From an uncultured Syntrophomonadaceae bacterium (GTDB lineage Bacteria; Bacillota; Dethiobacteria; DTU022): a DNA stretch of 64,000 bases. Where the stretch lies: assembly GCA_964464625.1 (NCBI GenBank), contig CAYXKD010000001.1, forward strand, positions 5,594-69,593, read 5' to 3'. The translations under genes were made by a program, and so were the position numbers. The notes beneath the pieces were generated by a model. That model was not told the DNA's origin. It saw nothing but the letters and a program-made list of their open reading frames with translations, and made no database searches. How positions within the stretch are numbered: the stretch's first letter is position 1; each line of letters opens with the position of its first letter. Below, piece by piece: positions 40,970 to 49,681 of the stretch.

Positions 40970-40982
40970 ACCGGGTAAGAAT

Positions 40983-41011
40983 ATTATAACCCAAAGTATG
41001 TTAGTGCTCAA
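40983..41011 (-). promoter_or_regulatory. Sigma-A promoter of the tRNA-Thr gene (TTGAGC-17-TATAAT)
   Basis: The -10 TATAAT sits 14 nt upstream of the mature tRNA 5' end, with the -35 TTGAGC 17 bp further upstream. Confidence 0.5.
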
Positions 41012-41050
41012 GTAAGATTGAATAAACCAAAATCACCATTTTCCATCTCA

Positions 41051-41809
41051 TTATGACTCATTATGTTTCTGGGCAACAGGCTGGATCTGGACATCTCCCC
41101 AAAGTGCCATTTTCTCGCCGCAGATAACCACTGCACCGGTGATCCCCTCAATGCTTCTGGCCAGGTCAAGTGCCCGCTCCAGGTCGGCGGAACTTTGCAC
41201 AACATTGCCGACAGCGGTAGCTGCTGCATCGGCAAGTGCGCCAGAGGAAGCCATGACCATGGCAGCATCAGCCTTACCCTTGCTGTAAGAATGGCCCAGG
41301 GTGCCCGAAGAGGTAGAGATGCCCAGGGGCCCGCTTCCAGGTTCGACAAGAAGGGCAATCTTTCCGCTCAGGGGAGATTTTCCGGCAAGAATAGCCACGC
41401 TGGCTCTTTCGACAATTTTTATGAATATGTCGCCGCCGTTTTCGACAACAACTTCGGGACAGTCTTGCAACAGCCACCGTCCGACAATTTCTGCCAGGGC
41501 ACCTGCCACCGCCGCCATAGGCCCCACTCCGCAAACATTCCCGGCACGGACCATCTCCAAAATGATCCCAGGGGCTCCTGCTCGCACCAGATAGGGTTCA
41601 AAAGTAAGGGCAAAATCAGGATGGGCGGCGATATAAGATTCCAGCTGCCTGCGGGTCTGCCAGAGAAGCTGCTCGATTTGCCCGGGGAGCGCTGTATGGA
41701 AATTTTCCCGGGGCAAAGCAATCCAAAGATCGCTCTCTTTTACAGCTACGCTAAATGTTTCAAAACGTGCGCTGCCGGCAAAATGGCGGTAAAGGCGCCG
41801 CACCATCAT
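41051..41809 (-). CDS. UPF0280/COG2122 family protein (ApbE-like superfamily)
   Basis: About 250 aa, Gly-rich and conserved. Start set at MMVRRLYRHF, where the ATG overlaps the TGA of the upstream NIL-ferredoxin gene (ATGA coupling). Confidence 0.65.
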   Translation of the reverse strand: MMVRRLYRHFAGSARFETFSVAVKESDLWIALPRENFHTALPGQIEQLLWQTRRQLESYIAAHPDFALTFEPYLVRAGAPGIILEMVRAGNVCGVGPMAAVAGALAEIVGRWLLQDCPEVVVENGGDIFIKIVERASVAILAGKSPLSGKIALLVEPGSGPLGISTSSGTLGHSYSKGKADAAMVMASSGALADAAATAVGNVVQSSADLERALDLARSIEGITGAVVICGEKMALWGDVQIQPVAQKHNES

Positions 41810-42228
41810 GTAGCATTTTCCAGCAGCGTCTCCATCGCCCTGGCAGGACAGGCTTTCAGGCATAGCTCGCAGACTATGCATTTGCTCTCATCAAAGCAGA
41901 CCGTCATCCCCGGGCGGTTTAGTCCAAGAGCCCCCGTGGGACAGATCACACTGCAGGCGCCGCAGTGAGTGCAGCGATCTTCTTTCCAGATGATCTGCTG
42001 TTTTAAGTTAAAAATACGCAACCCTTGTTCCTTCAGCCATTCGATAGCGCTGCGGTAATCTGGATCGGCACCGCTCAACTCAAGCATAAGCCGCCCCTCT
42101 TTTTCCGGGCTGATATCGGCGCGTAGAATATTAACCATGAGGTTGAAATCCTTAACCAGGCGGTAGATAAAGGGCTGCTCAACCAGAGTTGGTGGAAAAC
42201 GAAAAACCAGCTTCTGTTTAACAGTCAT
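41806..42228 (-). CDS. NIL-domain protein fused to a 2x[4Fe-4S] ferredoxin
   Basis: N-terminal NIL-like domain and two CxxCxxCxxxCP clusters (CTHCGACSVICP, CIVCELCLKACP). Confidence 0.8.
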   Translation of the reverse strand: MTVKQKLVFRFPPTLVEQPFIYRLVKDFNLMVNILRADISPEKEGRLMLELSGADPDYRSAIEWLKEQGLRIFNLKQQIIWKEDRCTHCGACSVICPTGALGLNRPGMTVCFDESKCIVCELCLKACPARAMETLLENAT

Positions 42229-43446
42229 TTAATAGCCTCCTTTATCGGGGTTTCTCTGGGGCAGAGTGTTAAGTTTGATCCCCGCCTCTACCGACGGCAG
42301 AGGTGCTGCAGGGCGGGTCAGGGAAAATTCACCGGCAGTGATCCATTCTTTTAGAGTGCGGGCGATCTCTTTCGCTCCGGCATAGCTGGAAAGGGATGCC
42401 ACTGGAACCTGGCGTTCTTGAATTCTTACGGTGCCGCTTTTCAGTTCGGCATAGCTGACCAAACCCAACGTCCCACTCTCACGATAGGGGTATACACGGG
42501 AGAAATCCACCACTGGAGCGAAAATCTCTTCATCCCTGACAGCGCAGTAAGACATGATCTCTTCATTAAGAATAGGTATGGGTATACCCAATCCCACCTG
42601 CAGGGTAGCCCCGTAACCCAGAAAACTAAGTCCCCGCAGCCAGCGACTTTGCATCTGTTTCAGATCGCCCGTCACAGCAATGGTTGCAGCAGGAGTCAGA
42701 GGGAGCCCTTTCTCATCCCGATCCACCGAGGGATTGTGCTGAGTGCCGTGCCAGGTGATATAGCCTGCGCCGCCGCCTAGAAAGATACGCGTGCCGATTC
42801 CAATCGTCTTCATCAGCGGATCATTCAGCAGGGGGCTCAATTGACCCGCCGAGCTGTAGTTTGCATTGCCCAACCGGGGTTTCAATATTCCCATATAAGT
42901 GTAGATCGTCTTTTCACCAAGATTGACCGCAACATTGTAGTTCTGGTAAGCATTGCGCGGATTATAAAGCGTAGCCTCATTAATATCGGAAAGGCGAAAG
43001 GTAGTCTCTATTTCCTTTAAGGGATAACAGTCTGTGCCATAGCCGCAGGCCAGCAGTTGTATCTCCTTCCCCGCCGCCAGATCCTCTATGACATGCCCCC
43101 CCCCGTAGCGAAATTCGCCGGGGTGATTCATATTCCGGGGATCGCCCGGTGGCAGGGCTGAAGCACCCAGGTAGGCGTCCACCGCCGCTATTCCTGCATA
43201 GGCCGGAACACCATTTAAATATACCTCGCTCATTTTGATACGCGGTTTGGGATGCCCGAAATTAAGAAAAACCCCTGAGGAGCACATGGGCCCGAAAGTA
43301 CCCGTTGTAACCACATCCACCCTCTCCGCCGCTCCGGTGATTCCTTTTTCGGCAACCAGATCCACTACTTCTTCGGCGGTCAGGACAACGACTTTTCCGC
43401 TGCTAATTTTCTCATTGATCTCTTCAAAGCTCCTATTTATGCCCAT
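42229..43446 (-). CDS. DUF39/COG1900 homocysteine biosynthesis protein
   Basis: About 405 aa. This family plus NIL-ferredoxin supports sulfide-dependent homocysteine formation from aspartate semialdehyde in methanogens. Start set at MGINRS (AGGAGG 8 nt upstream). Confidence 0.75.
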   Translation of the reverse strand: MGINRSFEEINEKISSGKVVVLTAEEVVDLVAEKGITGAAERVDVVTTGTFGPMCSSGVFLNFGHPKPRIKMSEVYLNGVPAYAGIAAVDAYLGASALPPGDPRNMNHPGEFRYGGGHVIEDLAAGKEIQLLACGYGTDCYPLKEIETTFRLSDINEATLYNPRNAYQNYNVAVNLGEKTIYTYMGILKPRLGNANYSSAGQLSPLLNDPLMKTIGIGTRIFLGGGAGYITWHGTQHNPSVDRDEKGLPLTPAATIAVTGDLKQMQSRWLRGLSFLGYGATLQVGLGIPIPILNEEIMSYCAVRDEEIFAPVVDFSRVYPYRESGTLGLVSYAELKSGTVRIQERQVPVASLSSYAGAKEIARTLKEWITAGEFSLTRPAAPLPSVEAGIKLNTLPQRNPDKGGY

Positions 43447-43467
43447 GCAAATGACCTCCTTCCATCT

Positions 43468-43494
43468 TTCTTTCAAGATTATATCATTCCATAC
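43468..43494 (-). promoter_or_regulatory. Promoter of the COG1900 operon (TTGTCA-15-TGATATAAT, extended -10)
   Basis: Lies just downstream of a terminator-like hairpin belonging to the preceding gene. The short leader has no riboswitch. Confidence 0.45.
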
Positions 43495-43597
43495 CCATTG
43501 ACAAGATCATATGTGGAAGGAAACATATGGGACCCTTCTTCAAAAAAAAGAGCCGCACCATAAAGGTGAGGCCCCTGAAAACAGTAATATTTAACCC

Positions 43598-44416
43598 TTA
43601 ACGGGCAAGAAGTTCCTGGAGGTAGCTTTCAAAGACAGCCTTATAGTTTTCAGGATGGGTCAAAAAGTTAAAAGCCTCCCTGTTTTCCTGAAAAAGCCGG
43701 TAAAGGGGAAAACCGGTAATCAGGTTCAGCTGTGGAACAGGAGTCACTGGACAGCGCTGCAAAGAGGGAAGGGAGAGGCAGTTCTGATTGGCGACAAACT
43801 CGGAACCTTCTTCTGTACGAAGCTCAAAGTAAGCCCCCCCGCCCACCTCACGTATGGGCTCATAAATAGATGAAAAGTCAGCAGCCACCCAGTTGCTCAT
43901 GATCAGGTAATCATCCCCGGGATTGATCGTTATATGTCCAAAGTGAGGCGGAATAAGCACCTTGTCGCCCGGCTTTGCCGCTATCAGAATAACAGTATCC
44001 AGTTGCCCGGAATGCTCCTGGTGGGGGCACTGCATTAAATAATGGGCCCGCCCATGGAGCACCTCATACACTTCGGGGTAGGTCAATCCAGTACCCGGCT
44101 TTTCCGGGTGATAATGGCCCGCAGTTTTGATATATTCCATACCCAGGGTGCCAGGTACTATTACCGTAATATCATAGCGCAATCCCTTCTGCCTGATGGA
44201 ATCACGATCATGATCAAGGGCTACATCCCGGTACATATAATAAAGCTCGTCAACTCCCGCAGCCTGGTGATCGAGAAGGAGATCGCGCATATCCTGCAGA
44301 CGGCGGATATCCCGTTGGGGAGTGCTGTTACCAGCCGCCTCTCCTTTAAAAACGATCTGTTTCTCAAGAGGATCCCACAGCATTTGCAGACCGCTTTGCT
44401 TTTCCAGATCTATCAC
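43598..44416 (-). CDS. Cupin-type (archaeal-type) glucose-6-phosphate isomerase-like protein
   Basis: TAGHYHPE...PEVYEVLHG...PPHFGHITINPG resembles the His/His/Glu/His metal site of Pyrococcus cupin PGI. 272 aa, longer than archaeal forms. GTG start. Confidence 0.5.
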   Translation of the reverse strand: MIDLEKQSGLQMLWDPLEKQIVFKGEAAGNSTPQRDIRRLQDMRDLLLDHQAAGVDELYYMYRDVALDHDRDSIRQKGLRYDITVIVPGTLGMEYIKTAGHYHPEKPGTGLTYPEVYEVLHGRAHYLMQCPHQEHSGQLDTVILIAAKPGDKVLIPPHFGHITINPGDDYLIMSNWVAADFSSIYEPIREVGGGAYFELRTEEGSEFVANQNCLSLPSLQRCPVTPVPQLNLITGFPLYRLFQENREAFNFLTHPENYKAVFESYLQELLAR

Positions 44417-44532
44417 TTTTGCTCTACTCCTTTTCGTCCTGACAGCGCCGATTCAGGGACGCCGCGGATCGCTCGCAAAAAGCCGTCCTCTTCTTCTCAT
44501 TATATGACGGGACTGGAAGGCTATTACCGCCT

Positions 44533-45525
44533 TTAACCGCGTTCCGAAATATAAGCGGCCAGATCCACCACACGGCAGGAATAGGCCCATTCATTGTCAT
44601 ACCAGGCCACAACGCGCACCAGGTTCCCACCCACAACCATGGTAGAAAGACCGTCAACAATGGAGGAAAATGAGTTTGCTATGTAATCCGAGGAGACGAG
44701 CGGTTCATCGCTGAACGCCAGGTATTTTGATCCCGCGGCTGCCTGTTGTATCGCCTCGTTAACTTTTGCAGGGGTTGCCTCCTGCTCCAGCTCAGCCACG
44801 AGGTCCACAAGAGAAACCGTTGCCGTGGGTACTCTTACAGAAAACCCATCTATTTTGCCTTTTAACTCGGGAAGCACAAGCCCTACCGCCTTCGCTGCAC
44901 CGGTAGAAGTAGGAATCATGGAAAGAGCTGCAGCCCGGGCTCGCCTCAGGTCAGGGTGGGGCAGATCAAGAAGCATTTGATCATTTGTATAGGAATGGGT
45001 TGTGTTCATCAAACCCTTACGCAGCCCAAATGTTTCATGAAGCACCTTGACTACCGGCGCCAGAGCGTTGGTGGTGCAGGAAGCATTGGAAATGAGAAAA
45101 TGCTCCTGCGGATCGTACTTCTCCTCATTTACACCAAGAACAATCATAATATCTGCTTCGCCGGGAGCGGTAATGATCACCCGATGCGCTCCCGCTCTCA
45201 GATGAGCGGAGGCGGTATCCCTGGTCCGGAAACGCCCCGTTGACTCCACAACGAGATCTACACCACTTTCTTTCCATGGAATCTGCGCCGGATCCCTTTC
45301 AGAGAAAACCCTGACAAGATCTTTCCCAACAAGCAGGCCCTCCGACTCTGCTTTTACCGGGACATCAAGTCCCCCATAAATTGAATCATACCTCAACAGA
45401 TGAGCCAGTGTGGCACTATCAACAAGATCGTTTATTGCCACAACCTTGATATCATCCTGCTTCAATGAAGCGCGCATGGTCAGACGGCCAATCCGCCCAA
45501 ACCCGTTTATGCCTACCTTTAACAC
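44533..45525 (-). CDS. gap: Glyceraldehyde-3-phosphate dehydrogenase
   Basis: INGFGRIGR NAD loop and SCTTN catalytic Cys motif. GTG start after GGGAGGG. Confidence 0.95.
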   Translation of the reverse strand: MLKVGINGFGRIGRLTMRASLKQDDIKVVAINDLVDSATLAHLLRYDSIYGGLDVPVKAESEGLLVGKDLVRVFSERDPAQIPWKESGVDLVVESTGRFRTRDTASAHLRAGAHRVIITAPGEADIMIVLGVNEEKYDPQEHFLISNASCTTNALAPVVKVLHETFGLRKGLMNTTHSYTNDQMLLDLPHPDLRRARAAALSMIPTSTGAAKAVGLVLPELKGKIDGFSVRVPTATVSLVDLVAELEQEATPAKVNEAIQQAAAGSKYLAFSDEPLVSSDYIANSFSSIVDGLSTMVVGGNLVRVVAWYDNEWAYSCRVVDLAAYISERG

Positions 45526-45812
45526 CAGTGAAACCCTCCCTGTAGCTGTTGTTTATGGTTATTTTCCAATACAAACATTAAATTATGTATATGCTCTGCA
45601 AGAAAGTTGCGATCCGCTGCTCACCTGCCTTTTTCTCACTGCTTATGCTGTTTATACTATAACATTTTCTTTCCCTCCGCAAGCTAACGGTCCCGCCTTT
45701 ACCCGCCTTTAAGAGGAGCAGGCGCGGAGTAAACACAATTTCACAGGGGAATAATTTTCAGGCGGCAAGTAAAAATATTAGAGCACCTAGTAAATAAAAG
45801 GAGGCACAGGTC

Positions 45813-46259
45813 ATGGAGATCCCCCTGATAGCTCTTATCGTCGCTGTTATTGCCGGTGTAGCCATGGCCCTGCAGGGTTCCCTCAACGCAGCCCTGGGCA
45901 AGATCATCGGTACTTTTGAAGCAACCCTGGTGGTACATGTTGTCGGGATCGCCGTGATCCTTGCCGCCCTCTATATTTTCAGGCTGGGAACTGGGAATTT
46001 TGCTTTGGCCAAAGACGCTCCCTGGTACACTTACCTGGGTGGAGCGCTCGGTGTGCTTATCATCTTTGGAGTTGTTGTGAGCATCGCCCGGGCCGGTGCG
46101 GCCAATGCCACAACAGCCATTATCACCGGTCAACTGATCACCGCTCTTGTTATTGATCAATACGGTCTTTTCGGTTTGGAAAGGATCCCTTTTACTCCCT
46201 GGAAAGGTTTGGGGCTGACCCTTCTTGCTGCAGGCGCTTACCTTATGCTCTGCCGGTAG
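45813..46259 (+). CDS. DUF606 (YdcZ-like) small DMT-superfamily transporter
   Basis: 148 aa with 4-5 TM helices and a DUF606-like pattern. RBS AAGGAGG 8 nt upstream. One of only two plus-strand genes. Confidence 0.7.
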   Translation: MEIPLIALIVAVIAGVAMALQGSLNAALGKIIGTFEATLVVHVVGIAVILAALYIFRLGTGNFALAKDAPWYTYLGGALGVLIIFGVVVSIARAGAANATTAIITGQLITALVIDQYGLFGLERIPFTPWKGLGLTLLAAGAYLMLCR

Positions 46260-46289
46260 CAAATAATATTTTTGTTGGCACAAAGAGGC

Positions 46290-47354
46290 TTAACTGCGAA
46301 TATAGATGGGGTTAGCGTAAATCCAGGGACGGGGTTTCCCACAGACAGGACGGTAATAAACCTCGGCACGGTAGACACCCGGCTCAGCCACCCTGTAATC
46401 CAACTTCGGTCCTCTGCACCGGTAGAGGAGAACCCCGTTTTTTATGATCCGGATTTCCGAACGCACTATAGGGCAGTAAACCTTCAAATATAGATCTTCC
46501 TGCCAGGTTGTTTCTTCACCCATAATCGCCACAATCTCTCCTGAGCTGTTGCTTTTTGCAGTAAAGGTAAAACCTTTACCGGGGTACAACTGGTCAAAAG
46601 AGAGATAACAGCGCCCTTCATGTAAGGCATCGTAAATCTGTCTTTTTGCTTCGGCAAAATCGCAACTCATTTTTCCCCTGAGACAAAGATATGTGTTTAT
46701 AGCACGGAACAGAAACGGGTAAGGAAAAACAACCACCGGTATGAACGCCACCTTGACCCTGGCAGCATGTGCGTCTGAACTGCCGATGGCAGTGACTTTC
46801 AAGCCGCCGTTGGTGCAATCATCCCAGAAAGCCAACCCCTCCGGCGGGGGCTTATTCACTGCAGACTTCCGGTTACAGAAAAACCAGTAGATCGTTCTGG
46901 GGATAGAGGTAACTCTTCCCCGCCAGTAGGAGGTGTAATTCCAGATCTCCAGACCGGTAAAGCCGCGGTCAGGTAAATAAGTCCAGCGATATGTTTTTCC
47001 CTTATCGATATAGGGCGAACCTTTTTCAAAGGGATGAGCAAGAAAACCGAGTCCGCCGGCAGCGCTGACCCTATCGATCATTTCCTGGGGGTCGGCTTCG
47101 TTACCCGCAGGAAGCCTGTCCAGATCCAGAACCAGGTAATGATGGCTTTCCTTGTTCAATTCGGCACCGACAAGAACAACAACGCCATTACTGATCCCTT
47201 CTTGGGGCAATGCAGCCAGTGTTTCATGATCAGTGATAATAATATAGCTTAACCCGGCGGCAGCAGCATAGCCTGCAATTTCATCTACAGTCCCGGTACC
47301 GTCAGAATAGCTGGTGTGAATGTGGATATTGCCGCCATAAGTATACATGATCAA
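46290..47354 (-). CDS. PHP-domain (CehA/McbA-like) metal-dependent phosphoesterase
   Basis: HIHTSYSDG...ITDHE N-terminal PHP motifs. 354 aa. Confidence 0.7.
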   Translation of the reverse strand: MIMYTYGGNIHIHTSYSDGTGTVDEIAGYAAAAGLSYIIITDHETLAALPQEGISNGVVVLVGAELNKESHHYLVLDLDRLPAGNEADPQEMIDRVSAAGGLGFLAHPFEKGSPYIDKGKTYRWTYLPDRGFTGLEIWNYTSYWRGRVTSIPRTIYWFFCNRKSAVNKPPPEGLAFWDDCTNGGLKVTAIGSSDAHAARVKVAFIPVVVFPYPFLFRAINTYLCLRGKMSCDFAEAKRQIYDALHEGRCYLSFDQLYPGKGFTFTAKSNSSGEIVAIMGEETTWQEDLYLKVYCPIVRSEIRIIKNGVLLYRCRGPKLDYRVAEPGVYRAEVYYRPVCGKPRPWIYANPIYIRS

Positions 47355-48379
47355 AAAGCCGCACTTATTTTACGGCTGGATAGGAGGGAAGATCCGAATC
47401 GGTTAATATTTTCAAAGGCTAAAGCGGTCCCCTTAACCACACAGCTGATGGGATCTTCTGCCATATAAAAAGGCACTCCAGTTTCCCGGCTGAAAAATTG
47501 GCTAATTCCATCGAGCAAGGCGCCGCCCCCGGAGAGAATAATCCCTTTGCTAATTATATCCCCCGCCAGTTCAGGGGGGGTTCTTTCCAGCACCTGCTTA
47601 ACTCCACTTAGTATCGTTCGGACAGAGTCTTCCATGGCCCTTGCTACCTGCTCTGTGGTCAGGTTCGCCGGACGGGGCAGCCCGGTGAGCAGGTCCCGGC
47701 CCCTGACCTCACCCTCCAGACGGCGGCTCTCAGGATAGGCGGAACCGATAGCTATTTTCAACTGTTCAGCTGTCCGCTCACCGATTAGAATATTGAATTT
47801 ATTTTTAACATACCGGATAATGGATTCATCAAGTTTATTCCCGCCAATACGCACACTGGCACTTTCCACTATTTCACCCATGGAGATAACCGCCATATCA
47901 GTCGTCCCCCCACCGATATCAACAATCATAGTCCCACCGGGCTTAAATATTTCCAGTCCTGCACCCAGCGCCGCAGCCCGGGGCTCTTCAATTAAAAATA
48001 TTTCCCGGGCTCCCGTACGGGCAAGGGCTTCCAGAACAGCTTTCTGCTCTACCGGAGTAATCCCTGTGGGAATACATACAATTACCCGGGGACGCAGCAG
48101 ACGTCTTCTTTCCATGGCCATGGTAAGGTAATGCTTTAGCATTACCTCGGTGATATCGAAATCGGCGATGACTCCTTCGCGCAACGGACGTATGGCAGCG
48201 ATATTGCCGGGGGTCCGGCCAAGCATCTTGTGCGCCGCTGCACCTACCGCCAGAACCTTCTCTGTATACTGATCAACGGCTACCACTGCAGGTTCGTTCA
48301 GAACGATGCCTTTACCGCGTACATAAACAAGAACGGTAGCTGTGCCCAGATCTATGCCGATGTCCGTTGAAAATAACAT
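47351..48379 (-). CDS. mbl: Rod-shape-determining actin homologue MreB/Mbl
   Basis: Actin fold (DIGIDLGTA, GGGTTD). Start trimmed to MLFSTD (GGGGGAGG 7 nt upstream). Paired with spoIIID as in B. subtilis. Confidence 0.9.
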   Translation of the reverse strand: MLFSTDIGIDLGTATVLVYVRGKGIVLNEPAVVAVDQYTEKVLAVGAAAHKMLGRTPGNIAAIRPLREGVIADFDITEVMLKHYLTMAMERRRLLRPRVIVCIPTGITPVEQKAVLEALARTGAREIFLIEEPRAAALGAGLEIFKPGGTMIVDIGGGTTDMAVISMGEIVESASVRIGGNKLDESIIRYVKNKFNILIGERTAEQLKIAIGSAYPESRRLEGEVRGRDLLTGLPRPANLTTEQVARAMEDSVRTILSGVKQVLERTPPELAGDIISKGIILSGGGALLDGISQFFSRETGVPFYMAEDPISCVVKGTALAFENINRFGSSLLSSRKISAAF

Positions 48380-48483
48380 CGCCCAACCTCCCCCGCCGGT
48401 TTTTACAGGAATTGAAAAACTATTCCCATCTCTTTCTAAGAAGTTCAACATAATCAATCTTTTTCCTTTTATAACAACCAAAT

Positions 48484-48747
48484 TTACAGAACTTTTTCTC
48501 TAAGGGAAAGATACTTGCGTCGGGTGGCTTCTCCACCACGCAGGTGGCGTTCGGCTTTGTTTTTTTCAAGGATTTTCTTTATCTGAAGCGCCAGATGGCG
48601 GTTTATTTGTGGCAACCGCTCAGTAACATCCTTGTGGACAGTGCTTTTACTCACCCCGAAGGTACGCGCAACCTGTCTTACAGTTGCTTCAGTCTTGAGA
48701 ATATAGTCGCTGATCTCCAGGACTCGCTGATAGATATAATCATGCAC
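48484..48747 (-). CDS. spoIIID: Stage III sporulation protein D
   Basis: MHDYIYQRVLEISDYILKTEATVRQVARTFGVSKSTVHKDVTERLP is nearly colinear with B. subtilis SpoIIID. A SigE-like promoter (GTTATTT-N15-CATATAAT) lies upstream. Confidence 0.9.
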   Translation of the reverse strand: MHDYIYQRVLEISDYILKTEATVRQVARTFGVSKSTVHKDVTERLPQINRHLALQIKKILEKNKAERHLRGGEATRRKYLSLREKVL

Positions 48748-48829
48748 AGCGCAGGCCCCCCCTTGTCTTCAACTCCGCTAAATTATATGTGGGGCGCAAC
48801 TGAAAAATAACCCGGCTGTGCAATGTGGC

Positions 48830-49636
48830 TTAAAGGGCAGGTAAAATATCCAGGGGGTTAACAGAGCGGCCATTTAGCTGCATCTCAAGATAGAGATATG
48901 TCTCTCTGCCTTCTCCGTTCTTTCCCACGGTGGCAATGATTTCATCAGCGGCTACATGATCACCTTTTTTTACAATGACCCGTTCCAGCGCCCCGTAGTA
49001 AACTTTCAGGTTGGCCGCGTGTTCAATGACCACCATTTTCCCATAGGGAAATCCATGATCAAGAATTGCCTTGACAGTTCCCTCAGAGATTGAGTGCACC
49101 TCTTCTGACGGCAGCGCCTTAATAGCTATTCCGCCAAGATATATATGAGAGGAACTTACAGCCATAGAGGACTCCATTGCAAGAATATCTTTATACCCGT
49201 ATACCAGTTCTCCGCCCTGGAGAGGCCATCTTTTGGGAGGTTCCGCTGGGTTCTCTAGCGAATCCGCAGGAACCGGTTCAACTGAAAGGGGTTCTTCACT
49301 TTTTTCCTGATCCTGCTGTTTGGCATTTTCCTCCCAGAGGTAGTCCTCCTCCAGTTCGGGAAATTTAATATTTTCCATATAGGGATTAATCGTTCGCAAC
49401 TGGGCTGAGCGCCATACAAATATTGCCCCTGCAAGGATCAGCACAGCTAAATAGATGGAGCAAATCTGCATTATTCGCGGCCAGCCTTTAATTTTTGCTT
49501 TCACTGCTTTTAATGTAAGGATCAAAGCAGAAAGGAGCGATTTACCTTTACTGATCAGGAACCGTCCCTTTTGGATAAGCTTTGTCCAAATTTTTTTGAT
49601 CGATAATTTCTCTTTTCCAGAGGATGACATTGCCAC
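48830..49636 (-). CDS. Membrane-anchored M23 peptidase, candidate SpoIIQ orthologue
   Basis: N-terminal TM helix plus a LytM domain. It sits between spoIID and spoIIID, as the clostridial spoIIQ does. Confidence 0.55.
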   Translation of the reverse strand: MAMSSSGKEKLSIKKIWTKLIQKGRFLISKGKSLLSALILTLKAVKAKIKGWPRIMQICSIYLAVLILAGAIFVWRSAQLRTINPYMENIKFPELEEDYLWEENAKQQDQEKSEEPLSVEPVPADSLENPAEPPKRWPLQGGELVYGYKDILAMESSMAVSSSHIYLGGIAIKALPSEEVHSISEGTVKAILDHGFPYGKMVVIEHAANLKVYYGALERVIVKKGDHVAADEIIATVGKNGEGRETYLYLEMQLNGRSVNPLDILPAL

Positions 49637-49681
49637 TCACCTCCAATGGTATTATCTCCATTTGAGGTAAGATTATGCGGT

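Noticed and set aside
40751-41011. 86-aa minus-strand ORF
   Set aside because: It completely overlaps the tRNA-Thr gene and its promoter.
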